Shown: positions 18,696 to 28,050 of the stretch, one piece after another | How the letters are laid out: each line of letters opens with the position of its first letter | How positions within the stretch are numbered: position 1 is the stretch's first letter | Virus record (IMG/VR): IMGVR_UViG_3300028380_000482 | Span: 1 to 64,000 of that record | DNA from: a virus | Taxonomy: Duplodnaviria > Caudoviricetes | Strand: one strand, 5' to 3' | Length of the DNA stretch: 64,000 bases | Notes under the pieces: model-generated | What the model saw: the letters and a program-made list of their open reading frames with translations, nothing else | What the model was told of the DNA's origin: nothing | Database searches by the model: none | Made by a program: the position numbers and the translations under genes

Positions 18696-19790
18696 ATGCG
18701 ACGGGCCTATCTCTACCGCCTGTATCCGACGAAGAGACAGACGCGTGCCTTGGCTGAACAAGTCGAAGAAGCCCGTTGTTTGTACAATGCCGCCTTGCAA
18801 GAACGGCGCGATGCCTATCGTAAGGCAGGCGTCTCGCTGAACTACTACACCCAAGCCGCTCAATTGAAACAGGCACGGGTGGACGGCAGTCTTGGCCTCT
18901 CTAACTTCTCTGCATGTCAGGATGTTTTGCGGAGGGTAGACAAGACGTTCCGAGCCTTCTTTCGCCGTGTGGCGCATGGGGAGAAAGCAGGCTATCCGCG
19001 ATTCAAGCCCCGCAGCCGATACGAGAGTGTGACCTTCCCGAGCTACGGCGATGGGTGCAAGCTGCTGGACACTGGACGAGTGCGGTTGCAGGGTATTGGG
19101 TGCGTGAAGGTCAAATTGCATCGCCCTATTATCGGACAAATCAAAACTGTCACAGTGAAACGCGATGCAGGACGGTGGCACGTCTGTTTTAGTGTAGAGT
19201 GCGCGCCTTCGCCTCTGCCCCACAGTGATAAGACCGGGGGTATTGATGTCGGTTTGGAAGTCTTCGCTACTCTGAGCGACGGCACGCGAATTGAGAATCC
19301 ACGCCACTTGAAACAGTCGCTGGCGCGGTTGCGCAGAGCACATCGAAAAGTAGCGAGACGAAAACGAGGAAGCACCCGCCGGAGGAAAGCTGTTCACGCA
19401 TTGCAGCGCGTCCACGCGAAGGTGCGCAACCGGCGAAAGGACTTTCACCACAAGACCGCCCACACGCTGGTAACGCAGTACGGGCGTCTTTTCTTTGAGA
19501 AGCTGAATGTCAAGGGATTGGCTCGGGGATTCCTGAGCCGTCAGGTTCATGATGTTGCATGGTCCGCATTTCTGGCAATCCTCAAGTATAAGGCTGAAAG
19601 TGCTGAGCGAGAGGCAAGAGCCGTTGAAGCGAAGGGCACGTCGCAAGAATGCCCGTGTGGTGCTCCCGTTCCTAAGCGATTGGGAGACCGCTGGCATCAC
19701 TGCAAGTCGTGCGGGCTGTCGGTTCCTCGCGATCATGCGTCCGCCCTTGTCATCAAATTACGCGGCCTGGATGAGGCCGTCAGAACATAA
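18696..19790 (+). CDS. tnpB: TnpB RNA-guided endonuclease
   Basis: AYLYRLYPT HTH, GYPRFK, GIDVG, FFEKLNVKGL, TSQECPCG..C..CG..RD. Confidence 0.95.
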   Translation: MRRAYLYRLYPTKRQTRALAEQVEEARCLYNAALQERRDAYRKAGVSLNYYTQAAQLKQARVDGSLGLSNFSACQDVLRRVDKTFRAFFRRVAHGEKAGYPRFKPRSRYESVTFPSYGDGCKLLDTGRVRLQGIGCVKVKLHRPIIGQIKTVTVKRDAGRWHVCFSVECAPSPLPHSDKTGGIDVGLEVFATLSDGTRIENPRHLKQSLARLRRAHRKVARRKRGSTRRRKAVHALQRVHAKVRNRRKDFHHKTAHTLVTQYGRLFFEKLNVKGLARGFLSRQVHDVAWSAFLAILKYKAESAEREARAVEAKGTSQECPCGAPVPKRLGDRWHHCKSCGLSVPRDHASALVIKLRGLDEAVRT

Positions 19791-19870
19791 CGGGAGTCAG
19801 TAGACTGTCCGTGTTCTGAGAAACTGTTTGCTTTAGCTGACAGAGTCATCACCTGATTAGTAAACCTGCT
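19740..19870 (+). ncRNA. putative TnpB omegaRNA/reRNA (guide expected from 19853)
   Basis: Stem TCAGAACATAACGG/CCGTGTTCTGA plus right-end hairpin; position as in known TnpB loci; boundaries approximate. Confidence 0.55.
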
Positions 19871-19932
19871 GTTATTGCTGCGCTCCTCGCTGCCCGGACC
19901 GCACGGCAGAATGGCAAACAAGGAGAAGTCCT

Positions 19933-20172
19933 ATGAAGCTGACCCCCGAAGAAGACGCGGACCTCGCTCACTACATCGATTGTGGGGTGGAGGTTTTCCA
20001 TCGTGCCTATCGCCAGCTTGAAAAGCAGGGGCACACCAAAGCCACGTGCCTGCACTTCGCCGCGTTGATGGTCACACTTCTGAGCAGTGGGCATCCAGAG
20101 GGGCCGCCAGTGCCGGACGAAGCGTTGCAAGAGATTCTGCGGCAAGCTACGTCAGGAAGAGGCGGACATTGA
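19933..20172 (+). CDS. hypothetical protein
   Basis: AAGGAG RBS. Confidence 0.6.
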   Translation: MKLTPEEDADLAHYIDCGVEVFHRAYRQLEKQGHTKATCLHFAALMVTLLSSGHPEGPPVPDEALQEILRQATSGRGGH

Positions 20173-20480
20173 GCCAGATTAGCGACGCGGCATGGAAAGC
20201 CTTCTGCGAGCGGCATCCTGAGATGACCGACACCGAACGGCACGAGTACGAGGGTGTATTTGAGGCCGAGTATCCCGTGTACCTCGAACAAGCGGGCGGA
20301 GACGAGGTGATGGCCTTTGGGCTCTATACGCTCCAGATGGTCAGGGAGGCAGCGGCAGCGGCGGGCATGACGGAGGACACGATGATGTCGCTCCTGATTG
20401 CGAATACGGAAAACCCGCGTCGAACGCTTACAGCGGTCCTTGTGGCTCGTCAGTGGGAGCAGGATCATCCAAAAGAATAG
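20169..20480 (+). CDS. hypothetical acidic protein
   Basis: TTG start overlapping the previous stop; GAGG RBS. Confidence 0.5.
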   Translation: MSQISDAAWKAFCERHPEMTDTERHEYEGVFEAEYPVYLEQAGGDEVMAFGLYTLQMVREAAAAAGMTEDTMMSLLIANTENPRRTLTAVLVARQWEQDHPKE

Positions 20481-20721
20481 GGAATCCGATTTCTTCCACC
20501 TTGCCTATCGCCTCGTCGCCCGTGGCCTGTTCGAACGCGAGATCCTCCGCTGTCAGCGTGCGGCGTAAGAACCACGCAATTTCGTAGTCTTGAAACCCAC
20601 GCACACAGGCGAACTGCCACTCCACTTGCCGCACGTCCGCAATATCCTTTGCAGGATTCGGTGTGTGGAGGAGAAGACGGGCGAGCGGCTCAGGAATGAC
20701 TACGTTCCCAAGTGGCTTCAT
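20428..20721 (-). CDS. hypothetical protein
   Basis: TAATG-coupled to the upstream RHH gene. Confidence 0.55.
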   Translation of the reverse strand: MKPLGNVVIPEPLARLLLHTPNPAKDIADVRQVEWQFACVRGFQDYEIAWFLRRTLTAEDLAFEQATGDEAIGKVEEIGFPILLDDPAPTDEPQGPL

Positions 20722-20948
20722 TACTCTATCCGCTCCCCGTAGGTCGCGAGCCCACGTTTCACCACGTGCTGCAAGAAGGTTTGCAGCGGCATTCCCTTGG
20801 CATACGCTACATCATCGAGTCCCTTCTTGAGCCTGCGTGAAAAGCGCTTCACTGCGAGCCGGATTTCTCCGCTGTCATCGAACGGCGGCGTTGGGTCCGG
20901 TCCCGGTACTGACTTGTGTGAAATTTCTGCTGCGTTTCGTCGAGCCAT
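20721..20948 (-). CDS. ribbon-helix-helix-like regulator
   Basis: IRLAVKRFSRRLKKGLDDVAYAKGMPLQTFLQHVV; AAGGAG RBS; promoter TTGACA-accgttacaacctgtta-TATCTT. Confidence 0.6.
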   Translation of the reverse strand: MARRNAAEISHKSVPGPDPTPPFDDSGEIRLAVKRFSRRLKKGLDDVAYAKGMPLQTFLQHVVKRGLATYGERIE

Positions 20949-21054
20949 ACAAACTCCTTTCATCCGCAAAAGATATAACAGGTTGTAACGGTTGTCAAGC
21001 CAATTTGAGAACCGAGGGGCAAGTGTGCTCAGATGAAAGAATTGAGGGGGAATT

Positions 21055-22602
21055 ATGAAATACTTCGTGCTGATTCTAAGCGTTCTCTTGTGTATCACAA
21101 CCGCCTACGCCCAAGGAATAGAACCCGAAGTCATGGGCTGCACAACGCCTGCCTGCATTGGCCAGTGGACCGCGCCGATGCCGTCGGGACCTCCGGGCAA
21201 TCCCACGGTGGTTGTTCACATGGCCGTGCTCCCAAATGGCAAGGTCTTTCTGTGGAGCCGTGCAGGTGCGGCGGGCGGTGGGGAGAATGGTAGCGAGCCG
21301 ACGATGACGTGGAATCCAGCAAACAATCAGTACGAAGTCGGTCCCCATATCGACGACATCTTTTGTTCCGGCCATGCGCTGCTCCCTGACGGACGGTTAC
21401 TCGTTGCAGGAGGAACGCTCGAAGGGGCGGCGGTCGTGAGTCCGTACAACGGCGTGACCAAGACGTGGGGAACTCCGGTCAAGATGAACAATGATCGTTA
21501 CTACCCGAGTAATCTCCCCTTAGCGAACGGCGAGCAACTCATGATCGCGGGCGGGGCGGGCAAGGTGAATGGGAAGAACGTCGAGAATACGATCCCGCAA
21601 GTCTGGACTACAAGTAACACGCTACGCACGCTCTCGGGCGCGAACATGAAGTTTCTTCAGTATCCGTGGCTGTCCCTCGCGCCTGATGGCCGGGTGTTCA
21701 TTTCCGGGCCGCAGCCCTCGACCTATTTCTTGAATACGACCGGCAACGGATCGCTCGTGTCAGGACCGTCCGCACACTCAGTGTGGAACACGTTTCGGGT
21801 TGCAGGCGTGCCAGTGACCTATCGGCCAGGCAAAGTCTTGATCACTGGCGGTGCTAATGGCGTTGCGGGCGGAACGGTCCCACGGCAGACAACCAATACC
21901 GCCGAGATCATCGACTTGAATCAGTCGCCTCCTCACTGGGTCAAAGTTGGGAGCATGGCGAAAGCCCGCGTGGATCACATGGCCTTCGTACTCCCGACTG
22001 GGGACGTGCTGGTTGCGGGCGGTACGACCGGCTTTGGCGGTTTTCCAGGCTTAGATGAAACAGCGGGTCACGACCCCGACGAAAGCAAGGCAGTGCTCAC
22101 ACCAGAGCTGTGGAATCCGGGGCAGCCCGGAACCTGGCAGAAAATGGCGACGATGAGCAAACCGAGGATGTATCACTCGACTGGCGCACTGCTGCCAGAT
22201 GGGAGAGTCTATGTCGGTGGGGGTGGCAAGAAGGACGGATTTACCGATCAGCGGACGGCGGAGATATTCTCCCCGCCGTATCTGTTCAAAGGCGCCCGCC
22301 CTAGCATCGGTACTATTATCAGTCAGGCGGGCAATAACCAAATTCACTACGGCGAGTCGTTCACTGTCACAACGAGTTCTACGAATATCACGAGAGCAAC
22401 GCTCGTACGGCTGCCGTCCACGACACACAGTCTTGACTTTAACCAGCGCTTCTATGAGTTTGCGCTGCCGGTTGCAGTAGCAGGGGGAGTGCGGCTCACG
22501 GCACCAGGGAGTGGAACGATTGCACCGCCGGGGCACTACTATCTCTTTGTGATAAATAGTGCGGGCGTGCCGAGCGTGGCGAAGATTATTCGGATTCAGT
22601 AG
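21055..22602 (+). CDS. secreted galactose/glyoxal oxidase-like copper radical oxidase (AA5; kelch propeller plus C-terminal Ig domain)
   Basis: Signal peptide ..TAYA/Q; FCSGH, RYYPS, RMYHS and TTHS ligand motifs; EIFSPPYL; APPGHYYLFV. Confidence 0.9.
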   Translation: MKYFVLILSVLLCITTAYAQGIEPEVMGCTTPACIGQWTAPMPSGPPGNPTVVVHMAVLPNGKVFLWSRAGAAGGGENGSEPTMTWNPANNQYEVGPHIDDIFCSGHALLPDGRLLVAGGTLEGAAVVSPYNGVTKTWGTPVKMNNDRYYPSNLPLANGEQLMIAGGAGKVNGKNVENTIPQVWTTSNTLRTLSGANMKFLQYPWLSLAPDGRVFISGPQPSTYFLNTTGNGSLVSGPSAHSVWNTFRVAGVPVTYRPGKVLITGGANGVAGGTVPRQTTNTAEIIDLNQSPPHWVKVGSMAKARVDHMAFVLPTGDVLVAGGTTGFGGFPGLDETAGHDPDESKAVLTPELWNPGQPGTWQKMATMSKPRMYHSTGALLPDGRVYVGGGGKKDGFTDQRTAEIFSPPYLFKGARPSIGTIISQAGNNQIHYGESFTVTTSSTNITRATLVRLPSTTHSLDFNQRFYEFALPVAVAGGVRLTAPGSGTIAPPGHYYLFVINSAGVPSVAKIIRIQ

Positions 22603-22852
22603 GCCGGTATCCGTCCTTCGGAATAACGAGTTCGTGCGGATCAGTAAACTCACGATCTGTGACTTCTGGTATCGGCTGCGTTTCCAATTCTTCAAGCGCA
22701 AGTTGCAAGGCTCGGACAATCACGTCATGGAATTTGCGGTGTCGTTGGATGGCGGCTTTCTTTAGGTTGTAGAGGACGACGCGCTCGTGCGGGCGCAGCC
22801 GGAAGGTCAGTTGCTCGTCGTTGCGGTCGGGGAGTTTGATCGGGCGGCCCAT
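22586..22852 (-). CDS. RHH-like DNA-binding protein
   Basis: MGRP...QLTFRL...DVIVRALQLAL. Confidence 0.55.
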   Translation of the reverse strand: MGRPIKLPDRNDEQLTFRLRPHERVVLYNLKKAAIQRHRKFHDVIVRALQLALEELETQPIPEVTDREFTDPHELVIPKDGYRPTESE

Positions 22853-23124
22853 TAGTTCCCCTCTCTTTGTATGACCCTGCCTTTTTTCTTGGACAGGCGA
22901 AGAGTCGTGTTGAGGGGCAACGTCCGTTTGCTCAATTTCTCAATCGTCTCATGCATACAGGGCAAGAATATATCCCGTAAGGTATAGCCATGTTCAACGA
23001 GTAACCCACGAAACCGGCGATAGTATTTCTTCTCTTCTTCGGTATTCAAGTCGAACCGAACTTGGTTTTCTTCCTTCGTTGTTTTTTCTCTGCGCCGACC
23101 CACGACATCCCTCCCCCTCCACAA
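22852..23124 (-). CDS. RHH-like DNA-binding protein (start uncertain)
   Basis: QVRFDL...RRFRGLLVEHGYTLRDIF; coupled to the next gene. Confidence 0.5.
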   Translation of the reverse strand: MWRGRDVVGRRREKTTKEENQVRFDLNTEEEKKYYRRFRGLLVEHGYTLRDIFLPCMHETIEKLSKRTLPLNTTLRLSKKKGRVIQREGN

Positions 23125-23127
23125 ATT

Positions 23128-23205
23128 TGTACTTTTGTATCATGCCGACACTTGCATGTATAGAATAATTCTGTTAAGTAGAAAAATAGACAGTACAAAA
23201 GTACA
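23128..23205. promoter_or_regulatory. divergent promoter with 12-bp inverted operator repeats, upstream of the T4SS operon
   Basis: TGTACTTTTGTA (23128) ... TACAAAAGTACA (23194) flanking an AT-rich core. Confidence 0.65.
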
Positions 23206-23223
23206 GAATATAGAGATCACACA

Positions 23224-23457
23224 ATGAGCGAAGCCGCCAAATATTACGCCGTTTACTCACAGAGTCAAGTTGATTGCGGCTCTGGCATGTGGGAATGGCG
23301 GGCGGCAGACGGAAAGCTGGAGGTCTGCACGCACGTTTGCCCACAGTTCAAATGTAAGCACGTGGTCTACAGCGACCGGCTGGACTTGGGCGAAGTCACA
23401 GAATGGATCAGAACACTACGGGAGCCACAGCAAAGACGGAAAGTTGTAGGAGGATAG
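23224..23457 (+). CDS. hypothetical protein
   Basis: First ORF after the divergent promoter. Confidence 0.55.
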   Translation: MSEAAKYYAVYSQSQVDCGSGMWEWRAADGKLEVCTHVCPQFKCKHVVYSDRLDLGEVTEWIRTLREPQQRRKVVGG

Positions 23458-23461
23458 CACA

Positions 23462-23839
23462 ATGAATGAAGCATCGACAGAAATAAACGGCCAATCGAGC
23501 GTAAAATCTTTACTTGATCTGCCCGCGTTTCAGGAGATGAAAGAAAAGAAAGCTGAAGCAATGAATAAAGGGGAAGAGACCATCTGTTTGTCGATCTCTG
23601 GGACGATCTCTTCTCCTCCCGAGATCGATCGGCAGCAAGAAGAATCCGTGCGCTTGGCTGGGCTCGAAATCAAGGCGCGGCGCAAGGTGGAGCAGTTGCG
23701 GGTGGACCTTATTAAGGCGGAGCAGGAACACCGGGCGGTGAGCAGCAAGCAAGCGATTGTCGCAGCGAGACTCACGGAAATCTACCAAGCGCAGGCTGGA
23801 GTCAGTGCTGTGACGAAGCGAAAAAGGAACAAGAAGTGA
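23462..23839 (+). CDS. coiled-coil hypothetical protein
   Basis: GGAGGA RBS. Confidence 0.6.
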   Translation: MNEASTEINGQSSVKSLLDLPAFQEMKEKKAEAMNKGEETICLSISGTISSPPEIDRQQEESVRLAGLEIKARRKVEQLRVDLIKAEQEHRAVSSKQAIVAARLTEIYQAQAGVSAVTKRKRNKK

Positions 23840-24201
23840 CTTCACTCTCGCCTGAAGACTTCTTTGGTCCCCTCGCCGTCATTCATTGGATCGGGCTGTT
23901 TTGTTTTGTGGCCTATCTCATTATGCCGATGCTTTCGGCCTTTGCTGAGGGATGGCTAGAGCGGAGCGCGGAACGAAAGAAGGAGCGAGAATATCAACGG
24001 GCGGCAGCGGAACGAGACCAGGAAGTGGCGGCGATACAAAGGAAGATGGAGCATGAAACGCTGAATAAGCAGTTAGATGCCCTCTATCGGAAAGAGAGAG
24101 AAGAGCAGCGCGGGATTAAGCCCTACGGCACGCTCGAAGAAGAACACCGGGCGTGGGAGGAATTTAATCGGCGGGAGGAGGAGAGGCGATGCCATTCCTA
24201 A
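23836..24201 (+). CDS. single-TM coiled-coil protein
   Basis: N-terminal hydrophobic helix, then Glu/Arg-rich coil; overlaps the trbE start. Confidence 0.6.
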   Translation: MTSLSPEDFFGPLAVIHWIGLFCFVAYLIMPMLSAFAEGWLERSAERKKEREYQRAAAERDQEVAAIQRKMEHETLNKQLDALYRKEREEQRGIKPYGTLEEEHRAWEEFNRREEERRCHS

Positions 24202-26684
24202 TTGGCCGGGCCGACTTTCCCGAAGAGAAATCCGCCTTCACACCAGGACTGCCACAGTACCTCGGCTACGAAGCCTTTGTCGGTCCCTCCATCATTCAAA
24301 TGAAGGATGGCGCCCTGCTCGTGTGTTTCGAATACGTCGGCCCGGATCAGGAATTGAACGAACACACACGGCGGGCGTGGGAAGCAGATTTACTGGCCCG
24401 CGATCTCCAATTGACGGGTGGGTGGATGTTCGAAGGTCATACCGTCATTGCCCATACCACTGTCCCGCCTCGGTCTCATTTCTGTCCTGACGCCGTGAGT
24501 GCCTTAGTCTACGAAGCCCGTGCTAAGCAGTACGCGCAAGAAAAGAAATACGTCAAGAAACGGGATGTCATGGTGCTCACGTATCTGCCTCCAGACGACG
24601 TGAAGCAAACCGTCAGTGACTTCTTTCTCGAAGAACGCACACGCACCAAACAATGGTCTCGTGTCCAATTGCTGGAACAGTACGTGCGCGAGGTGATGAA
24701 GCTGGTTGACGCGCTGGATCGCTTCCTCACGCTACGACGGTTGAGCGAGGCCGAGACGCTGCACTTTCTCCACTTCTGTGTGACCGGCGAGGATCGGGCG
24801 GTGGGTGTGCCGGAAGACGGGGGCGATCTCGATTATGCGATTGGTACGGTCGAACTCGCGCCGCATGACGGGACGGTCAACAACGAACTTCACACGCAAG
24901 CGATTGGCATTATCGGTTGGCCGGGGGATGGCACCAAGTCGCAGATGTTTGACCCGGTGTTTCAGTTAGGTATTCCGCTGCGCTTTCAGCAACGAGAAAT
25001 CTTCATTCCGACGGCGATTGCGGTGAAGTTGTTGGAGCGGCGGCGGAACTGGACGAATCAGTTGAACGACTACAACCCGTTCCGGTTGTGGTGGACGGCG
25101 GCGCAACCCAGTGGTGGTGCCGACCCAAATAACAAAAACGTGGTGCGATTCAATAAGGCAGCGGCGGAGAAAGCCAATAGTATCGAGGATGAGATTGCTT
25201 TGATTGAGAGCGGCGAGGTGGTTGCGGGCTATTACACCGGCTGCGTGATTCTGCACGATACCGACCCGGATCTACTGGCGCAGAACACGGCTCTGGTAGC
25301 GGCGCGGATTCGCAGCCTCGGATTCTCGCCGATTATTGAGAAAGATAATTTGGCTGACGCGATCGGCGGAAGCTGGCCGGGGCACGGCTCACGCAATATT
25401 CGCTTACACATTCTCAATAACCGGCAGTTCTCCCGGCTGTGGAGTACGAGCAATCCGTGGGAAGGAGAAGAGACTGCGCCGTGTCCGTTCTTCCCAGAGG
25501 GGAGCGGACCGCTCCTCCTGACGACGACGGCGGGCAAGCAAATCCATCGAGCGAACATTCATGCACACGATCTCGGGAATTTCCTCAATATTGGAATCGC
25601 GGGGCGCGGTAAGACGTTCCTGAACGGCCAAATTGCACTAGCTTACCGGCAGTATCCTAACAGCCAGATTTTTATACTGGACCGGGACGCGGCGCTGCTG
25701 CCCCCGACACTCCTGTGTGGCGGTGAATTCTTCGACGCGGATGCGCTGAGCTATGCCCCGTTCGGACAGATTCACAAAGATGCAGAGTTTGCCTGGGCGC
25801 TTACCTTTATTGAATTGCTCGCACAATTGCGGCACTGCAAGCTGTCGCCGACCGTCCAGGGCGACATTGCCAAAGCGTTGGTCTCATTGCGAGAGATGCC
25901 CGCCGAACGGCGGACCATGAGCCAGTTTTTGTGGCAGCTCCAGCCACGGGGAGGAGATCGGATTAAGGACGCGCTCAGTTTCTATACCCTGGAGAATCCG
26001 GGCGCGATTCTCGATGGTAAACCAGGCCCGGAACACACGGCCAGTTGGCAAACGTATGACATGCTCCGGCTCATTGGTGCGGGCGAGATGATTAGTACCC
26101 CGGTCATTCACTACCTGTTACACATGATGGACCGCTATGCCGATGGCCGCATGATTCTCAAAATTATTGAAGAAGGCTGGCAGGTCGCCGGGAACAAGTT
26201 GATTCAATCGAGCACCGAAGAGGACAGTGCCAACAACCGCAAACGGAACATTGCGACCGGGCTCGTACTGCATTCGCCTGCGAACCTCGATGCCTTCGAG
26301 CGGCGCAATCTCCTGACGATCAACATGGGCAGTCTCTTTCTCTTGCCCAATGAGAAGGCGATGACCACAGGTGAGAACGGTGAGATGGAGCACTATCTGA
26401 CGCTCGGTCTCACCCCCCGACATTGTCAGGCGTTAGCGCAAGAGATGGTGCCACGGCGTCACTATATGGAAGTAAAAGGTGATCTCGCGCGTGTCTTCGA
26501 ATTCGAGCCGACGGAGTGGGAACGGGCAATTCTTGGTGTGAACGGCAGGTCGCATAAAGAAGAGTTGTTGGAACTGAAGAAGCAATACGGGCCAGAGATG
26601 CCAGGTGTGTGGTTACGGAAACATAAGCACGAAGCGTTAGCGCAGGAATGGGAAACGCGGTTCAAGCAGAAGGAGGCAGCATGA
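24189..26684 (+). CDS. trbE: T4SS ATPase VirB4/TrbE
   Basis: MKDGALL..EYVGPD, FLHFCVTG, GSWPGHG.RNIR, Walker A GIAGRGKT, IIEEGW, NRKRN; 831 aa. Confidence 0.9.
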   Translation: MPFLIGRADFPEEKSAFTPGLPQYLGYEAFVGPSIIQMKDGALLVCFEYVGPDQELNEHTRRAWEADLLARDLQLTGGWMFEGHTVIAHTTVPPRSHFCPDAVSALVYEARAKQYAQEKKYVKKRDVMVLTYLPPDDVKQTVSDFFLEERTRTKQWSRVQLLEQYVREVMKLVDALDRFLTLRRLSEAETLHFLHFCVTGEDRAVGVPEDGGDLDYAIGTVELAPHDGTVNNELHTQAIGIIGWPGDGTKSQMFDPVFQLGIPLRFQQREIFIPTAIAVKLLERRRNWTNQLNDYNPFRLWWTAAQPSGGADPNNKNVVRFNKAAAEKANSIEDEIALIESGEVVAGYYTGCVILHDTDPDLLAQNTALVAARIRSLGFSPIIEKDNLADAIGGSWPGHGSRNIRLHILNNRQFSRLWSTSNPWEGEETAPCPFFPEGSGPLLLTTTAGKQIHRANIHAHDLGNFLNIGIAGRGKTFLNGQIALAYRQYPNSQIFILDRDAALLPPTLLCGGEFFDADALSYAPFGQIHKDAEFAWALTFIELLAQLRHCKLSPTVQGDIAKALVSLREMPAERRTMSQFLWQLQPRGGDRIKDALSFYTLENPGAILDGKPGPEHTASWQTYDMLRLIGAGEMISTPVIHYLLHMMDRYADGRMILKIIEEGWQVAGNKLIQSSTEEDSANNRKRNIATGLVLHSPANLDAFERRNLLTINMGSLFLLPNEKAMTTGENGEMEHYLTLGLTPRHCQALAQEMVPRRHYMEVKGDLARVFEFEPTEWERAILGVNGRSHKEELLELKKQYGPEMPGVWLRKHKHEALAQEWETRFKQKEAA

Positions 26685-26884
26685 AACAAAAAATTATTTT
26701 CGGTTTGTGTATGTGGTGGTTCTTCATGTTGGGGGACAATCCGCAGACGGTCGGCTCGTTCTGGAATCAGGATCAATGTGAGGGGATTCGGGTGTGGATA
26801 CAAGAAAAGCAAGCTAATTGGACCATTAGAACGCCTACCTCTCCGTGCTGGTCTGATCAACAAGTACCGCCTGAGAAAGAATAA
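26681..26884 (+). CDS. small exported hypothetical protein
   Basis: AGGAGG RBS; VGSFWNQDQCE motif. Confidence 0.55.
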   Translation: MKQKIIFGLCMWWFFMLGDNPQTVGSFWNQDQCEGIRVWIQEKQANWTIRTPTSPCWSDQQVPPEKE

Positions 26885-26897
26885 GGAGGCAGTATAC

Positions 26898-27803
26898 ATG
26901 GGACCATACGTGCAACCACAGATCATCACAGACGTGCAATGTTTAGAGGGCGTAACCTACGCATATACAACCGGAATTGTTCTTGGGCTTGTTCTGGGAT
27001 TAGCAATCGCCCTGTGGATTATCCCGCTCATGGAAGTGACCATGAAAGCGCTCATGTTCGGCGGGCGATGGCTCTGGAGCAAACGAAAGCGGGTATTTAC
27101 CGCCTCTGCACTAGGAGTTTTCATTCTCTGGACTGTTCCGGCCCAGGCGTGGTTTTTCCCGTGCGGGGGCAACGTCTGCGAGGCGGAAGAGATACCTGTC
27201 AAGGATCAGAAGACCCGTACTGAAACCGCGCTGACTGCCTTGAAGGCTACAGCACTACTGATAGACGCCTTAAAGCAGGCACTCACCAAAGACGGCATTT
27301 GGGATCATCGTACGGGCAATCTGCTGAACGAGATTGCGAACTATACAGCCGGTGAGGGAAGTATCCTCTACGGCCAAGATGGGAGCGGGATGTGGCCGGA
27401 GGTCTATCAGTATGATTCGACGTGGGTTGAAGGTGGCTGGCTCGAAGCGGAGTTAGCGCGAGACCGGGCTTCGTTGTGGACCCAGCGTAGTCTCATGCAT
27501 CACTTAGAATTGATGCGCGCGGAAGACGCGGTAGACGAAGAAGAAATTGACGCACTACAGAGACGGGTGGATGAGTGCGAGGGCCGCAATTGCGCGATCC
27601 AAGCCGGGGCGGCGGTAAACGCCAAGCTGCTGCACGAACAACGCAAAACGCGGGCGCTTATTGCAACGGTAGCAAACGCACAAATAGTGCAGAATGGCTA
27701 TGTCGTAAACAAGGACGCGGCCAATAAAGCGCAGGAACGGTTATTCATTACGAATAACGGCCAAGAACCACAGATGCCCGTATTTCGGGATTGGGGGCTT
27801 TAA
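26898..27803 (+). CDS. trbJ: TrbJ/VirB5-like minor pilin
   Basis: PAQA signal cleavage site; IDALQ....EGRNCAIQAG..N..LLHEQRKTRALIA resembles the TrbJ C-terminus; between trbE and trbL. Confidence 0.7.
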   Translation: MGPYVQPQIITDVQCLEGVTYAYTTGIVLGLVLGLAIALWIIPLMEVTMKALMFGGRWLWSKRKRVFTASALGVFILWTVPAQAWFFPCGGNVCEAEEIPVKDQKTRTETALTALKATALLIDALKQALTKDGIWDHRTGNLLNEIANYTAGEGSILYGQDGSGMWPEVYQYDSTWVEGGWLEAELARDRASLWTQRSLMHHLELMRAEDAVDEEEIDALQRRVDECEGRNCAIQAGAAVNAKLLHEQRKTRALIATVANAQIVQNGYVVNKDAANKAQERLFITNNGQEPQMPVFRDWGL

Positions 27804-27810
27804 TACCCCA

Positions 27811-28050
27811 ATGGCCCTAGGAGGCCACAAGAGGAGGGTACACGTGTCGTACATTATTCTCACATTAGTCTTCATCGGCGGGGCGTTCATTGGCAGTATT
27901 GGGACACTCACTTTAAGTGACTCTTGTCACGAACTGGTTGCGATTGAGAAAGCCCGGGATGCGAAAGAACAAGAACGCGAGGCGAAACTGAAGCAGTTTT
28001 TCGGCGAATCTTCGCCAGAAAAACCAGAATTTAAGGATCGTGGCCTGTAA
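27811..28050 (+). CDS. small membrane protein at the TrbK/entry-exclusion position
   Basis: One TM plus short charged tail, between trbJ and trbL. Confidence 0.5.
   Translation: MALGGHKRRVHVSYIILTLVFIGGAFIGSIGTLTLSDSCHELVAIEKARDAKEQEREAKLKQFFGESSPEKPEFKDRGL

Larger units (their letters stand above)
18600..19852 (+). mobile_element. left-truncated IS605-family element (tnpA remnant, tnpB, right end)
   Basis: tnpA fragment abutting tnpB; right-end hairpin CTGTTTGC-TTTA-GCTGACAG ending ..GAGTCATCAC. Confidence 0.8.

Noticed and set aside
18582-19736. 384-aa minus-strand ORF
   Set aside because: Antisense shadow of tnpB with no motifs.
23150-23180. dif/XerCD site
   Set aside because: Only the XerD-like arm (TTCTGTTAAGT) is similar; better explained as promoter sequence.
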